A stretch of 64,000 bases of DNA from Octopus vulgaris (GCA_951406725.2 OX597833.1:36518001-36582000); one strand, 5' to 3'; numbered from the stretch's first letter, positions 12,290 to 25,177 are shown. Notes: a model not told the origin generated them from the sequence alone. Numbers and translations are program-made.

Positions 12290-14640
12290 TAGATACTGGG
12301 ACTAGATGAAGTGAAGGTACCCATGGTCTTTGCAGGCCCTCCGAAATAGGTGAGACCGATGCCATTAATGTTCCTCTTGAACCATTGCACACCAATGTCT
12401 GGAGGAAAGAAATGAGCAGGGTGTGGGACTCCAGAGGACCATCGTTCTGAGCGTAGTGTATATTGCGCCACCCTAGAGTAACACAACAAGGGTGATGATT
12501 AGAGGAGAGACGAATGAGGGAGGAAGACCTGAATGGAGTGTCATGATCTAAGGTGTAGAGGCCATTAAAGAATCAGTAGAAAATACCCTAGAGAGGAGAC
12601 ATTGTGCTTGAAGGTTGGAGGTAGGTGCGTTGCTATGAGCCACCCTATGCCAATCGGTCGGGTAGCACTTTTCTGACTCCGTTGTTAGATGCTTTTGTGT
12701 GCAGAGGCATTCCAGTGCCATAATTAGGAATAATACATGCGGTAGAGGGGCTCCAAAATGGGGTCTCAAGGAGTAGCGACCCTGCCTTCCTGAGCTAGTT
12801 TTCCACCACATTTCTTAAAAATTGTAGTAACGGCCTTGGTTTCGAGACCACTCATGTCTAGAAACTGAGATTTGAGGTAAACAAGAGCATGCTCCCCATA
12901 GAAAATCCATCTCTAAGAAAGCCTCATGATAGCAAAGGAGAATGGACACTAAGCAGCCCAAAGGTTGGGGTGGGCTGCACTTCCCTACCTCGGCATTGAG
13001 GTAGATCCGGCCACCCTCGTTAACGGGTCAAAACCCGGATTTAAAACACTGGATGATGATGATGATGATGATGATGGGGAGGAGGAGGAGGAGGAGAATA
13101 ATGATGATGATGTTAGCCTTACCTGAGTTTTATAGAGAGTCAAAAATTGTTGTGAGTGGAAGTATCTACTAACTGCGAAGAAAAAGACGATCCGTTAGAA
13201 AATTAAGGACGTGCTTACAACAAAGAGGGAGATCTTCAGTGATAGCGAGGTTTAACATTTGAAGGAATTTTGAAAGCTTTAGTTGTGTGATGCTCATATT
13301 TAAGAGATATTTGATATGGTGATGATTTTTCGGTATAGGTAGTTTTGTTGTTTTGAAAGAAGTAACATTGATATAGCACTGTTGGGATATGCTTTCGAGG
13401 TCGCTTTTCAGAAAATCTGTTCTGGTTTGATGCGCGGTGTGTATGTTGCATGTGAATGATACGTGATTAGTAGAGGTTAGGGAAGAGTGTAGGGCATATT
13501 ATCTGCGTAAGAGTGAGCGTTGTTGAATGTGATGGCGGGTAGGTCATTAAAGTGTGAAGAGATTAAAGAACGAGCCAAGCTATGTGGCACGCAAGAGTTG
13601 ATAGAATGAGGATAGAAAAAGCTCTGTTAAATCACGACGTGATACTACAATTTTATTGGGAATAACAGATCCAACAGATCTACACGCTAAGACACTGCTC
13701 TCTGTCACTGGACGTAAGACACTTGAAATCTCACAGGCGACTGTGATTAGAAATAGTTATGAGGACTTGAGAGGTTAGTGTCAGACACCACCTTGCTTAT
13801 AAGCAAGTAAATAAGTGAAGTAAATATGAACAGAGGCCAGCTGATTAACACTCTACAGCAGGAACTTGACAGATACAAAGGATAGCCACAGTGATCAGGA
13901 TATGCTGTTTCCTATATAAAGAAGTACAACCTGTTTGTCAACACGTTGTCTTGAATCCATACAAACAATGGTATTTTTATTCTTTGTTGTAGGATATTTG
14001 TGTGTATCTGTAACAAAGTTCCAAATATGTGAGCAGTATCTCAATGTGTGTCTTATTTAAGTTTGCTTTTGGTCTGCAACTCATCAGATCTGAAATATTA
14101 TTGCTATTAAATGCCTAGATTTTTGTGATGTAGTTTTAATAATGTTATATATCTGATGTCACCATGAAAGATGGAGGATTGTGAAAATGTCTAACATTTG
14201 TAGCGAGAGATGGTTTCAACAGAGTTTCCTTCATTTGTGTAGTGATTCTGGCTCCGAAGTGTTGAAACTGCGATGGAGTTACATTCGTGAGATGTTTTTG
14301 AGGTTTCTATTCATGGAGGTCTCTAAACATTGTATGTTTAGCAGAAAGAGCCGAGGCTGTCAGCGTGTATAAGGCTAACGTGTGTGTATCGCCAGAAGCA
14401 ACAGTATACAGAAGATGATGAGAAAATGGTAGGAGTGATACCTTAACTAGTACGAGACCAAGCGATCCATTTAGAACAGAAATGACGAAGCTTGGATAAA
14501 GGCTGGATTTGGAGACGAGAAAGAGATCAAGGGTGTTTGAAGAGTTTATGAATTGATCAGGTATATGGATAGATGAGGATAGTAAAGCTAATTCAGAACA
14601 GATAATGGTGGTGTAGACGTGCGAGGGACAGAAGTAGTTG
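12290..14640 (-). mobile_element. Highly decayed CR1-group LINE (APE + RT), interrupted by an insertion at ~12810-13115
   Basis: The minus strand gives PDQ...NTLDLFLVS (~14560-14510, APE motif) and INSCVPHS...FNDL...HSYADN (~13615-13500, decayed GVPQG/YADD). It also gives the C-terminal PAHFFPPDIGVQWFKRNIN (~12420-12360). Confidence 0.75.
12815..13112 (+). mobile_element. Unclassified retroposon 3' end with (GAT)n tail inserted in the LINE relic
   Basis: GC-richer block ending CCCGGATTTAAAACACTG-(GAT)n that interrupts the minus-strand LINE. Confidence 0.45.
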
Positions 14641-15093
14641 CGGATTTGATCGATGGTGATGATGATGATGATGATGGTGATTCCTGAGAGACAAATTGAG
14701 ATTTATGTCTTAAATGCAGGATTTATGTCTTGAATGCAGGTGGCTACCTTGGCGGGTTGAATGTCACAAAGGAGAAGTAGAAACAGCAAATGAACTCCGA
14801 GAGCCCGAGCAACTAGCAATCGTGTTTATTGATTTCTAGGTGAGAAGTATGTGCAGGAAAAGCTAATTCTTTTTTCAGTGATTTCAAAGACAGAAATAAG
14901 GGAGCCTCCGCTGTTGGCTGTATGATGGTGGACGGTGGTGTTAACAACAATGCTTGTGTTCGTGATGGGGCTAACAATACCGTAGATGGAGACGTAAGTA
15001 AACTTCGTGGCATTGATAGTAGCAATGTTGGTGGTAATGTTAGTGCTGGTAGTAATTATGGCGATAGCAATAGTAATGGTTATAATAGAAACA

Positions 15094-15697
15094 AAGGCGG
15101 CGAGCTGGCAGAAACGTTAGCATGCCGGGCGAAATGCTTAGCGGTATTTCGTCTGCCGTTACGTTCTGAGTTCAAATTCCGCCGAGGTCGACTTTGCCTT
15201 TCATCCTTTCAGGGTCGATAAATTAAATACCAGTTACGCACTGGGATCGATGTAATCGGCTTAATCCTTTTGTCTGTCCTCGTTAGTCTTCTCTGTGTTT
15301 AGCCCCTTGTGGGTAATGAAGAAATAGGTATTTCGTCTGCCGTTACGTTCTGAGTTCAAATTCCGCCGAGGTTGACTTTGCCTTCCATCTTTTCGGGGTC
15401 GATAAATTAAGTACCAGTTACGCACTGGGGTCGATGTAATCGGCTTAGTCCGTTTGTCTGTCCTTATTTGTCCTCTCTGTGTTTAGCCTCTTGTGGGTAG
15501 TAAAGAAATAGGTATTTCGTCTGCGGTTACGTTCTGAGTTCAAATTCCGTCGAGGTTGACTTTGCCTTTCATCCTTTCGGGGTCGATAAATTAAGTACCA
15601 GTTACGCACTGGGGTCGATGTAATCGGCTTAATCCCTTTGTCTGTCCTTGTTTGTTCCCTCTGTGTTTAGCCCCTTGTGGGCAATAAAGAAATAAGA
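15094..15697 (+). mobile_element. SINE family A trimer (one head + three ~184-bp body/tail units)
   Basis: Units restart at GGTATTTCGTCTG at 15327 and 15511, directly after AAGAAATA. Confidence 0.92.
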
Positions 15698-15959
15698 AAC
15701 AATGGTGGTGACGGTGAGAGTAGTAATTAACTGTACGAATGTCGGCTGTTCTGGTAGGAAACGATGATGATAATATTGATGACAATACGTCTACTCGTTC
15801 CATTATTATATCTATGTTATATTCCTAGTGAAGATTACGGGGGAGTAGCGGCGGCCGTGCAGTGTGCATGTGCTATTTGCAGAAGTGGCAAGACGACTAG
15901 AGTTTTCGGTAGAAACGAAGTTGTGTATAGTTGATAGTAGATTATATATATACAGGTGG

Positions 15960-16090
15960 TTTTATCTCTTCCCTTCTCTCTCTGTCTCTCTCTTTCCCCC
16001 CCTCTCTCTCTCTCCTCCCTGTTTCTTTTGTACCTTTGATATCTCCCTCTCACACAATGTATCGCTTTTCTGCTTCTATTTGTTTCTTGC

Positions 16091-16128
<38 letters not shown>

Positions 16129-16656
16129 CACACACACACACATACCACACACACACTAACATATCTCTGTTTCTCTCTTACGATCTCTCACACACCTTTT
16201 CTCTCCCTCTCCGTATTTGTTTCTATCTCTCCTTCTTCTCTACCTTACACCCTATTTCTCGCCTTACACCTTATTTCTCTATCACCCTCTCTCACACTCA
16301 TCTTTTCTTTTGCCAACTCCCTCCCCCTCTCGCCTTATCTCCCTCCCTCCCTCGCTCCTTCCACTATTTCTTCACTCTTTAGAAACACATCTCCCTTTTA
16401 CATTCCTCCTCTCACTCTTTTCTCCCCACCCCTTTCTCTCTCTCTCTACTCTATTTTATTGCAGTTTTTCTCCTCTCACTGCATTCCTCATCCTCCTCTC
16501 ACTACTCTTCCTACACCTGGCTTCCTTACCACACTACACGTTCACGCGCGCGCAAATGCACCTGCACACACGCACAGAAATATTCCCCCCCTCTCTCTCT
16601 ATCTCTCTACCTCTCTATCTTTCTACCGATCAATCAATCAATCTATCTATCTATCA

Positions 16657-16693
<37 letters not shown>

Positions 16694-17170
16694 ACTATAT
16701 CTATGTCTCTCTTTTTCTCTTTTCAATACTTTTGCGTCCTTTTATGCTTACCTCTCTCTTGAAACCTGATTGTCTTTTTTTAATCCTTTCTATTTTCTCT
16801 CACTACATGTTCCTATCTCTCCGTATTACCTAAAACTACAACGTATCCCTAATCCCACTTTTCTGTCTCCACCCCCTATCTCTCTCTCTCTACTCAGCAC
16901 TTTTTCACTCACTCATCTTCTCATTAAAACCCATTTTTCTCCTCTTACGTCAAATCTCTCCTCTCACTACAACCTGCGTCTACCACGTCTCACACGATAC
17001 ACTTTCTTCACTTAAACTCCCTTCCCTAGCCACACGCGTTACCTTTCTGCAACCTCTACCCCTTCTCTCATCAATCATCACAGCGTGTCCTCTTTTTCTC
17101 CCTCTCTCTCCCTCTCTCTCTCTCCCCTTTCTTTCTTTCTCTACATCTTGCTCCCCCCCCCCCCCCCAGT
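15960..17170. repeat. Long polypyrimidine/(CT)n-rich low-complexity tract
   Basis: Strong C/T strand bias with embedded (CT)n, (CA)n, (TCTG)n and a C homopolymer. Confidence 0.85.
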
Positions 17171-17419
17171 ACTGAGACAGTAGAGACACCGCCACAGTTA
17201 CGCAACACAAAGGCAATAGAACCACCATCAACAGCAGCAGCTACAACAGCTATAACTACAGCAGCAACGAACCGACAAGAAAGTCTCAACGTCGCCGTTT
17301 GACCTGCAAGAAATAGCAGCTAAATTCATACCACCCGGTCTCACTCTATTATCCTAATACAAAAATATCGGATAAAGATTCCCAATCTCTGCGGTGTATA
17401 TATTATCCCCCTGGATAGG

Positions 17420-17588
17420 ACACCGGTTCGTCGAAGGCTTACTCCTTTTTGCTGGCTGAGTGCACTGGAGCAACATGAAATGAAGTGTTTTGCTCAGGAA
17501 GACAACTCACTGCCCGGCCTAGGAATCGAGCCCCCAATCTTACAAATCACGAGTGCAACACCCTAACCACTAAGCCATGCACCTCACC
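17420..17588 (-). mobile_element. SINE family D, 5' part
   Basis: The reverse complement has TGGCTTAGTGGTTAGGG (A box), GCTCGATTCC (B box) and TCCTGAGCAAAACACTTCATTTCATGTTGCTCCAGT, as in 50553-50882. Confidence 0.75.
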
Positions 17589-18100
17589 CATGATAATCCT
17601 AATATGAATGGATACAAAAGACGATCGAGAGAGCCAGATATACATAAAGACATGAAGGTCGTGAATGGAATGCTTTTGATCATTGGTCTGCTCAAAACAG
17701 GCTCGTCTGAGTGTAAACACTATAATAACAGTATCAACAACAACAACAACAACAACAGCTACTCCAACAGTAAGAGCTGCAACAAAAATAGGGACAATGA
17801 CATCAGCAACAACAATAATAATGAGGCCAGAAGAATTGAAAGTGTGACTGGCAAACACAAATGCACACAGAGAAAAGTTAACTGTTGTAGACAGACAGAT
17901 GACGTAATGTCTGTCTGAGTGAGAACAATGTAACAATGTCTGTGTCGCCGTGTCACTATTCTATAGATATCTCTCCCCTTCCTTTCTCTCTCCACACACA
18001 CACACACACACACACTCTCTCTCTCTTTCTCTCTGTTGTCTCTTTTTCACAAAGACAAACACATACACACATGTATTTGTATATGTATATGTATATATGT

Positions 18101-18183
<83 letters not shown>

Positions 18184-18240
18184 GATATATATATAAATAT
18201 ATATGTATGTATATACATACATACATACATACATACATAC

Positions 18241-18525
<285 letters not shown>

Positions 18526-18613
18526 ATATTAGCGGGCGCTCACACACAGATATATATATATATATAATATATATATTTTATTTATTTACATATATATATA
18601 TATATATATATAC

Positions 18614-18649
<36 letters not shown>

Positions 18650-18652
<3 letters not shown>

Positions 18653-18924
18653 GAGGCGCAATGGCCCAGTGGTTAGGGCAGCGGACTCACAATCGTAGGT
18701 TCGCGGTTTCGATACACAGACCGGGCGAAAACACCTAAAGCTCCACAAGGCTCCGGTTGGTGGTGGTGGCCATCCCTGCTGTACTCTTTCGCCGCAAATT
18801 TCTCTTACTCTTTCTTTTCTTGGCCTGCTCGCTTAGCCAGCGGGGTTGCGTCATTTGAAGGCTAAAACAATGCGAAGCGCATTGTGACCAGCGATGCGTA
18901 ACAACATTTGTTAGCCTGGTCGAT

Positions 18925-18931
<7 letters not shown>
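18650..18931 (+). mobile_element. SINE family C (tRNA-derived)
   Basis: TGGCCCAGTGGTTAGGG A box and GGTTTCGAT B box; body matches the reverse complement of 38619-38922. Confidence 0.88.
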
Positions 18932-18988
<57 letters not shown>

Positions 18989-18990
<2 letters not shown>

Positions 18991-19163
18991 TTGTGTCTGA
19001 AGAGAGTCTTTCTGTTTTAATGCCTTGTTACTTGACTACTGAAGAGTTTGGAAGAAGCAACAAAAATTTTAGAAAAATTAAATAAGTAAATGAGTGGAAA
19101 TCGAACCGCGCGTGTGTTAATTAGTAAGGCATTAAAACAGAATGATTCTCCCCAGACACAATA
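18989..19163. repeat. Imperfect inverted repeat, ~42-bp arms, ~90-bp spacer
   Basis: ATTGTGTCTGAAGAGAGTCTTTCTGTTTTAATGCCTT vs the reverse complement of AAGGCATTAAAACAGAATGATTCTCCCCAGACACAAT. Confidence 0.85.
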
Positions 19164-19237
19164 AAATATACTTCAACACACGAATTCATAAATATAATCT
19201 TGCAAACCAACTACAAAAACGAAATAAATATATACAT

Positions 19238-19386
19238 ACTATAGGCACAAGGTCCGAAGTTTTGGTGGAAGCTCAACTGGTTCCTACATCATCGACCTGC
19301 AAGATCGACACTTGAACTAAGGATAGACGAAATACTGCGTAGCATTGTCTCCGGCGTGCTAACGATTCTGCCAGCTCGTCGCCTTA
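19238..19386 (-). mobile_element. SINE family A, internally deleted
   Basis: Ends CGGCGTGCTAACGATTCTGCCAGCTCGTCGCCTT, the reverse complement of the A head. Confidence 0.8.
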
Positions 19387-19536
19387 ATCCGTTAATCAAT
19401 TAATAGTGTTTGTATACGCATCAAAATCAGCAAACATTAAATAATGATTGGACACAATACAAGCTTGGTATTTATTATAATTGAATATATACTATCCATA
19501 AGAAATATTTTGTTGTTATTATTATTATTATTATTA

Positions 19537-19921
19537 AGGCGGCGAGCTGGAAGAAGCGTTAGCACGCTGGACGAAATGCTTAGCGGTATTTCGTCTGCCG
19601 TTACGTTCTGAGTTCCAATTCCGTTAAGGTCGACTTTGCTTTTCATCCTTTCGGGTCGATTAAATAAGTACCAGTTGCGCACTGAGGTCGATATAATCGA
19701 CTTAATCCTTTTGTCTGTCCTTGTTTGTCCTTTCTGTGGGTAGTAAAGAAATAGGTAATTCGTCTGCCGCTACGTTCTGAGTTCAAATTCCACCGATGTC
19801 GACTTTGTCTTTCATCCTTTCGGAGTCGATAAATTAAGTACCAGTTGCATACTGGGTCGATCTAATCGACTGGCCCCCCTCTCCAAAAATGTCAAGTCTT
19901 GTGCCTAGAGTAAGAAAAGAA
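19537..19921 (+). mobile_element. SINE family A dimer (tail-1 unit followed by headless tail-2 unit)
   Basis: Junction AAAGAAATA|GGTAATTCGTCTG at 19754. Confidence 0.9.
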
Positions 19922-20227
19922 CATTATTGTTGTTGCTGTTGCTGTTCTTGTTCTTGTTCTCATTATGAGTGCGTGTGTGTTGGCTGTGATGGACTGGCAT
20001 AACATCTATCGCCTTTGACAAAATTCTTTGCGACGTTAGGTCAAGCTCTTTACGTTCAGAAGTGAAATGCCGTCGAAGCTATCTTTGTCTTTCCTCCTTC
20101 AAAAATCGAAAAAATGCAATAGCAGTCAACTGTGGATGTCGACATAATCAACTAATCTCTCCCTTCATACTAAGCATTTCAATTTCAGTACCAAAGTTAG
20201 AGCATGGCAATATGTTTTGCAGCATTA

Positions 20228-20443
20228 AAGGCTGCGAACTGGTAGAAACGTTACCACGCCGGGTCTAATGCTTAGCAGTATTTCGCCTGCCGTTACGTTC
20301 TGAGTTCAAATTCCGCCGAGGTCGACTTTGCCTTTCAGCCTTTCGGGGTCGATAAATTAAGCACCAGTTGCATACGGAGGTTGATCTAATCAACTGCCCC
20401 ACTCCACCAAAATTTCGGGCCTTGTGCCTTGAGTAGAAAAGAA
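20228..20443 (+). mobile_element. SINE family A, tail type 2 (flanked by older decayed A copies at ~19990-20210, ~20450-20620, ~20760-20960)
   Basis: Head, B box, central domain and CCTTGTGCCTTGAGTAGAAAAG tail. Confidence 0.88.
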
Positions 20444-20655
20444 TATGTTTGCAGCATTTGTTCTGTCACTTTACATTCTGGGTTCAAATCCCAACAGAGA
20501 TTAACTTTGTCTTTCATCCTTCTGGGGTTCATAAAATACAGTCAAGTATTGGGACGGATGTGACCGCCGTTCCGCCTACCCTCAAAATTGCTGGCCACAT
20601 GCCAAAATCAGAAAGCCTTATCACTGATATGTTGTTGTTGTTGTTGTGGTATGTG

Positions 20656-20739
<84 letters not shown>

Positions 20740-21214
20740 ATGTGCTCTTGTGCGCGCGTTGGCAGCGGTGGACTAGCAGAATCTTGGGAGAGTCGGACAG
20801 AATCCTTTCCGACGTTTATTCAAGCACTTCACGTTCTATGTTCAGATTCCGCCAGTGTCGACTTCGCCTTTCATCATCTCGGAAACAAATTATCAGTACA
20901 GTATTGAGTTCCACAGTATCGACCTAGACACACACCTCACAGTTGCTGACCATTGTGAGTATATGGATGTTAGAAAACACGTATTTGTAGTTCTCAGAAA
21001 AAATTAGATACTGCAGTTAAACCACCCACATATGTTTTTCTCTCTTTCTAGCAGAAAAGAAAATGAAAAAACAAAAGCTATCAAAAGGGCGATGCATACC
21101 CTGCGCGCAGAAAACTTTTTCCGCAAATTGTAGTGTGGCATACAAAGCGTTACTTATCCATGCTTTTTAATTGAACTAAATTAATTATTTTCTTTTAAGT
21201 ATCACCATTATAGG

Positions 21215-21515
21215 TATTTATGTTGTTTAGCCGTGCCTGGCTCACTGGGCCGGTTTCCCGGTTTCCTTGGCGTATAGGTTCCCCACCTGGACGGGACGCC
21301 GGCCCGTCGCAAGTCAGCTGCAAGATGCACGAGGAAAGAGTGAAAGAAATATGTGGCGAAGGAGTCAGTAGAAGTTCGCCATCACCTTCTACCGGAGCCG
21401 TGTGGAGCTTAGGCGTTTCGCTCATAAACACACACATCACCCAGTCTGAGATTCGAACCCGCGATCCCTCAACCGCAAGTCTGCTGCTCTAACCACTAGG
21501 CCATGTGTCTCCACT
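21215..21515 (-). mobile_element. SINE family C variant (same head/body, different 3' part)
   Basis: The reverse complement begins TGGAGACACATGGCCTAGTGGTTAGAGC...GGGTTCGAATCTC and shares GAGCGAAACGCCTAAGCTCCACACGGCTCCGG with family C. Confidence 0.8.
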
Positions 21516-21609
21516 ATAGGTATTTATACTCCGGTGAAATTAAGAAATCAAGCCGTAAATAAACGAAACTCTCGAATCCATCTGTGTACACACACACACA
21601 CACACACAC

Positions 21610-21784
21610 ACGAAAGGTTTCTTTCAGTTTCCAAATACATTGACAAGGGCTAACGACATCCGCTCACAAGTGTTTGGTCAGCCTTGTGAGTAAAAGACAC
21701 TTGCTCAAGGTTCTAAGCAGTTGGACTGAACCTAGGACCGTGTAGTTGAGAAGCAGATTTCTTACCGCACAGCCACACCTGCGC
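21610..21784 (-). mobile_element. SINE family B, 5' half, diverged
   Basis: AGACACTTGCTCAAGG and CTTACCGCACAGCCACACCTGCGC. Confidence 0.75.
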
Positions 21785-21801
21785 TGATATATATGTGTGT
21801 G

Positions 21802-21844
<43 letters not shown>

Positions 21845-22334
21845 AACAATTTGCAGATGTAAGTGCTACCACTTGAAAGCTTCGCACACCGGATGCTGGC
21901 AAGTTTATGGGTCATCAGGAGAGAAAGCGCGCCGTTTTGGAGGCTTCCAATCGACGGCATCATTACGCCCCGACCCCACTCGCTGAAATGAGGACCCGTG
22001 TTTTTTTGATAAAGTTGTAAATTTTACAAACGAGCGATTGTTTTTAGTAAACCACGAATTTATAGACTTACCGCGAAAAGTAGACGGCGGATTATTAAGT
22101 GATATACATTATCTCTTGAAATCAGAAAGAAAGAGTTTATACCGATCAGTTCCAATGTTTTTGGCCCTGTCATGAGAGACCAGTTACTAATTTTCTTGAT
22201 AAAAGTGAGAAAAGTAACTTATAACTAAGATAGTAGATGGAAACTCGGACGGAATTGAAGGTATCTGCTTATTACAATAAACTGTTCAGGCGTTGGCATT
22301 ATGTATTAATAGAATCACCACGTTTTTACTTGCG

Positions 22335-22515
22335 TTAGTCATGCGAATGCGGTCATGCTGGGATTCTGCCTTGAACGGTTATAGACGAACCAATCGACAC
22401 CAGTATTTATTTTATCCCCCAAAAGCTAGACACTAACGGTTCTTTCTGCCGAACGACTTGGTTATGGCTATTTAAACAAACCAACACCAGTTGTCAAGCG
22501 GTGGTGGTAGTGGTG
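22335..22515 (-). mobile_element. SINE family B, 3' half (partner of 23690-23830)
   Basis: GCGGTCATGCTGG...CTGCCGAACG...AACACCAGTTGTCAAGCG. Confidence 0.7.
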
Positions 22516-22521
22516 GCAAGA

Positions 22522-22584
<63 letters not shown>

Positions 22585-22597
22585 ACACATACAAGTA

Positions 22598-23481
22598 CAG
22601 GATGCGATGGGTAAATTGTCGCCATTGTATATTTTTAATTTTACGCTTGTACATTCCTTGTTTTTGATTTTGTTGACTATACAGTATAGTAGGGTCAGTT
22701 GGGGACCGTCTGTGAAAAACATCAGAAGAATGACGGAATTTACTCTGCCAGAAATTTGGAAACGACATGCTGTACTGCTTGGCATTCGCGCCAGAAGCTC
22801 CAATATGAACATTTCAGAGTGTTTGGATGTCAATCTGAGGACAGTACAGTCTAAGGACATGTACCGAGAGTCATAAAAATTAAATATCCAGTCAACATCA
22901 TAGTGTTTGAAGGGATCACTAGTGATGGCGACGTTATGCCTCCATTCATCTTCCCATACAGACTCAGACTCAACATGGAGGCCTACATCAGGTGCCTGGG
23001 GGAGATAGTGCAGCCCCGGGTGAAGAGGGTGGCTGCTGGAAGACCCTGTGTCTGGCAAGAGGATTCTGCACCATGCTACACAAACAGGAGAATCTAGTCA
23101 TGGCTGTCAAACAATTTTTACGACCACATCACCCCTAACATCTTGCCACCTAATTCCTCACACTGCAATCCCCTTGATTATTATGTGTGGGGCACAGTTG
23201 AGCAAGATACCAACAAAACTCCTTGTAACACCAAAGATGCACTAAAGGCAAGGGTTATGGCAGCATTCACCAACTTAAACGAGAAGACCGTCCAGATGAG
23301 TTGCAGGAGATTCCAAAGTCATCCGGAGACCGTTGTTGAAGCCAATGGCGATTTTATTGAATAAATTTACTCTTTAGTATTTCAAGATATTGTTTATGTA
23401 ATGTTGGTAAATATATCTATTAAAATGAGATGTTAGTGTTATTTTCATCAAATTAGACGGCAGTTTATTCACTACATCCTG
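22598..23481 (+). mobile_element. Tc1/mariner-superfamily DD37D (maT) transposon, internally deleted, pseudogenised transposase
   Basis: TA|CAGGATGCGATGGGTAAATTGTCG ... CGGCAGTTTATTCACTACATCCTG|TA imperfect TIRs with TA TSD. The translation WQEDSAPC...PPNSSHCNPLDYYVW has 37 residues between the 2nd and 3rd catalytic Asp (counted through one stop) and ends VEANGDFIE*. Confidence 0.9.
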
Positions 23482-23517
23482 TATATATACATGTGCATAT
23501 ATATATATATATGTATG

Positions 23518-23565
<48 letters not shown>

Positions 23566-23591
23566 TATAGATATATGCATATATATATATG

Positions 23592-23645
<54 letters not shown>

Positions 23646-23689
23646 TATATAGATATATATATGCATACATGTGTGTGTGTGTAGTAATA

Positions 23690-23830
23690 CAATTGACGCG
23701 CCTCTTTCAATTTAATCTATCAAAGCCACTCACATGGTTTTGGTCATCTCGGCACTATAGTAGAAGACACTTGCCAAAGGTGCCACATAGCGGAACTGGA
23801 GTCAGGACTATGTTGTTGGGGAGCAAAATG
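23690..23830 (-). mobile_element. SINE family B, 5' half
   Basis: CTATAGTAGAAGACACTTGCCAAAGGTGCCAC. Confidence 0.75.
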
Positions 23831-24104
23831 TACTTTTATAATATGCTTAAATAGCTGTATTATGTCTGTTATTTGGCCTGTTATGAGTAACCAACGTCTA
23901 TCAAACGGTAAAAATGCTGAGATTCAATCGTCATTACGCTGCGTGTGTAAGCAAAAGCAGGGTATTGTAATCACTCGTCTTTGTCTGTTTGTCTGCTGTC
24001 TTTGCAAATTGCTGGAAAACAGCCGAACAGATTTTCACCACATTTGGCTGAAATACTTATTCGGTGAGTGACTTGAAATGATGAACATTTGGTTTGATTA
24101 TCGC

Positions 24105-24276
24105 GAAAAAAAAAAAAAAAATTGAACTTACAAATTTCCCGATAAGCAAGAGGTCATATTATTTTGTTCTCTTTGTCGTATGAATCGTCCCTCGTCTTCG
24201 TGAGTATAGATCATGGTGTACCTATGCGCGTAGACACGTGTGCATGCATACATACATACATACATACATACATACA

Positions 24277-24307
<31 letters not shown>

Positions 24308-24457
24308 GCAACTCTGTGTGTATGAGTGTGTGTGTGTGTGTGTGTGTGTGTGTCTTTCTGTCTGTGTGTACGGTGATGAATTCGAGGTTTTCCTTTATTT
24401 ACGACTTGATTTCTTAATTTTACCGCAGTATAAACACCTATTATGGATAACGGTGAT

Positions 24458-24551
<94 letters not shown>

Positions 24552-25000
24552 ATATATATATATATACATATTTATACATATATACATATATATATATATG
24601 CATATATAGATATATATATGCATACATGTGTATGTGTGTGTGTGTGTGTTTGTGTATGTGTGTATGTGTGTGTGTGTATGTGTGTGTGTGTGTGTGTAGT
24701 AAAAAAACAAAATTTAAAAAATCGAACTTCAAAATTTCCCGATAAGCAAGTGGTCATATTTTGATCACTTTCTTTTTCATTTGAATCGCCCCTCGTCTGT
24801 GTGTGTACAGATTATGGTTTACCTATGCGCGTAGAGACGTGTCTGTACATACATACATACATACATACATACATACATACATACATACACACATACATAC
24901 ATACATACATACATACATACATACATACATACATACGTACATACATACATGCATACATACATACATACATATGCGACTCTGTGTGTGTATGTGCGTGTGT
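24105..25000. repeat. Diverged direct duplication, period ~600 bp
   Basis: GAACTT..AAATTTCCCGATAAGCAAG.GGTCATATT...TACCTATGCGCGTAGA.ACGTGT-(CATA)n-ATGC.ACTCTGTGTGT occurs at ~24125-24320 and ~24724-24990. Confidence 0.8.
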
Positions 25001-25019
25001 GTGTGTGGGGGGTGTATTT

Positions 25020-25177
25020 ACGTTGCTGGTACTTAGTGGTTCGAGAAACAGGTCGATAGAATAAGTACAAAGCTTTCCAAAATCATAAGAACTCGGTTCG
25101 ATTCATTCGACTAAAATTCTATGAGGTGGTGGCCGGGCATGGCCGCAGCCTAGTAACTGAAACATATAAAGATAAAA
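25020..25177 (+). mobile_element. SINE family B, 3' part
   Basis: ACTTAGTGGTTCG...GATAGAATAAGTAC...GCATGGCCGCAG. Confidence 0.75.

Noticed and set aside
15864-16833. 172-300-aa Ser/Leu/Pro-rich ORFs (similarly 11331-12039)
   Set aside because: Polypyrimidine tracts are depleted of stop codons; several frames are open at once and no domain is recognisable.
18650-18730. tRNA-like sequences with A and B boxes (also 38850-38922, 50810-50882, 21440-21515)
   Set aside because: They are SINE heads continuing into shared repeat bodies; no intact acceptor stem or terminator was evident, so they are not called as tRNA genes.
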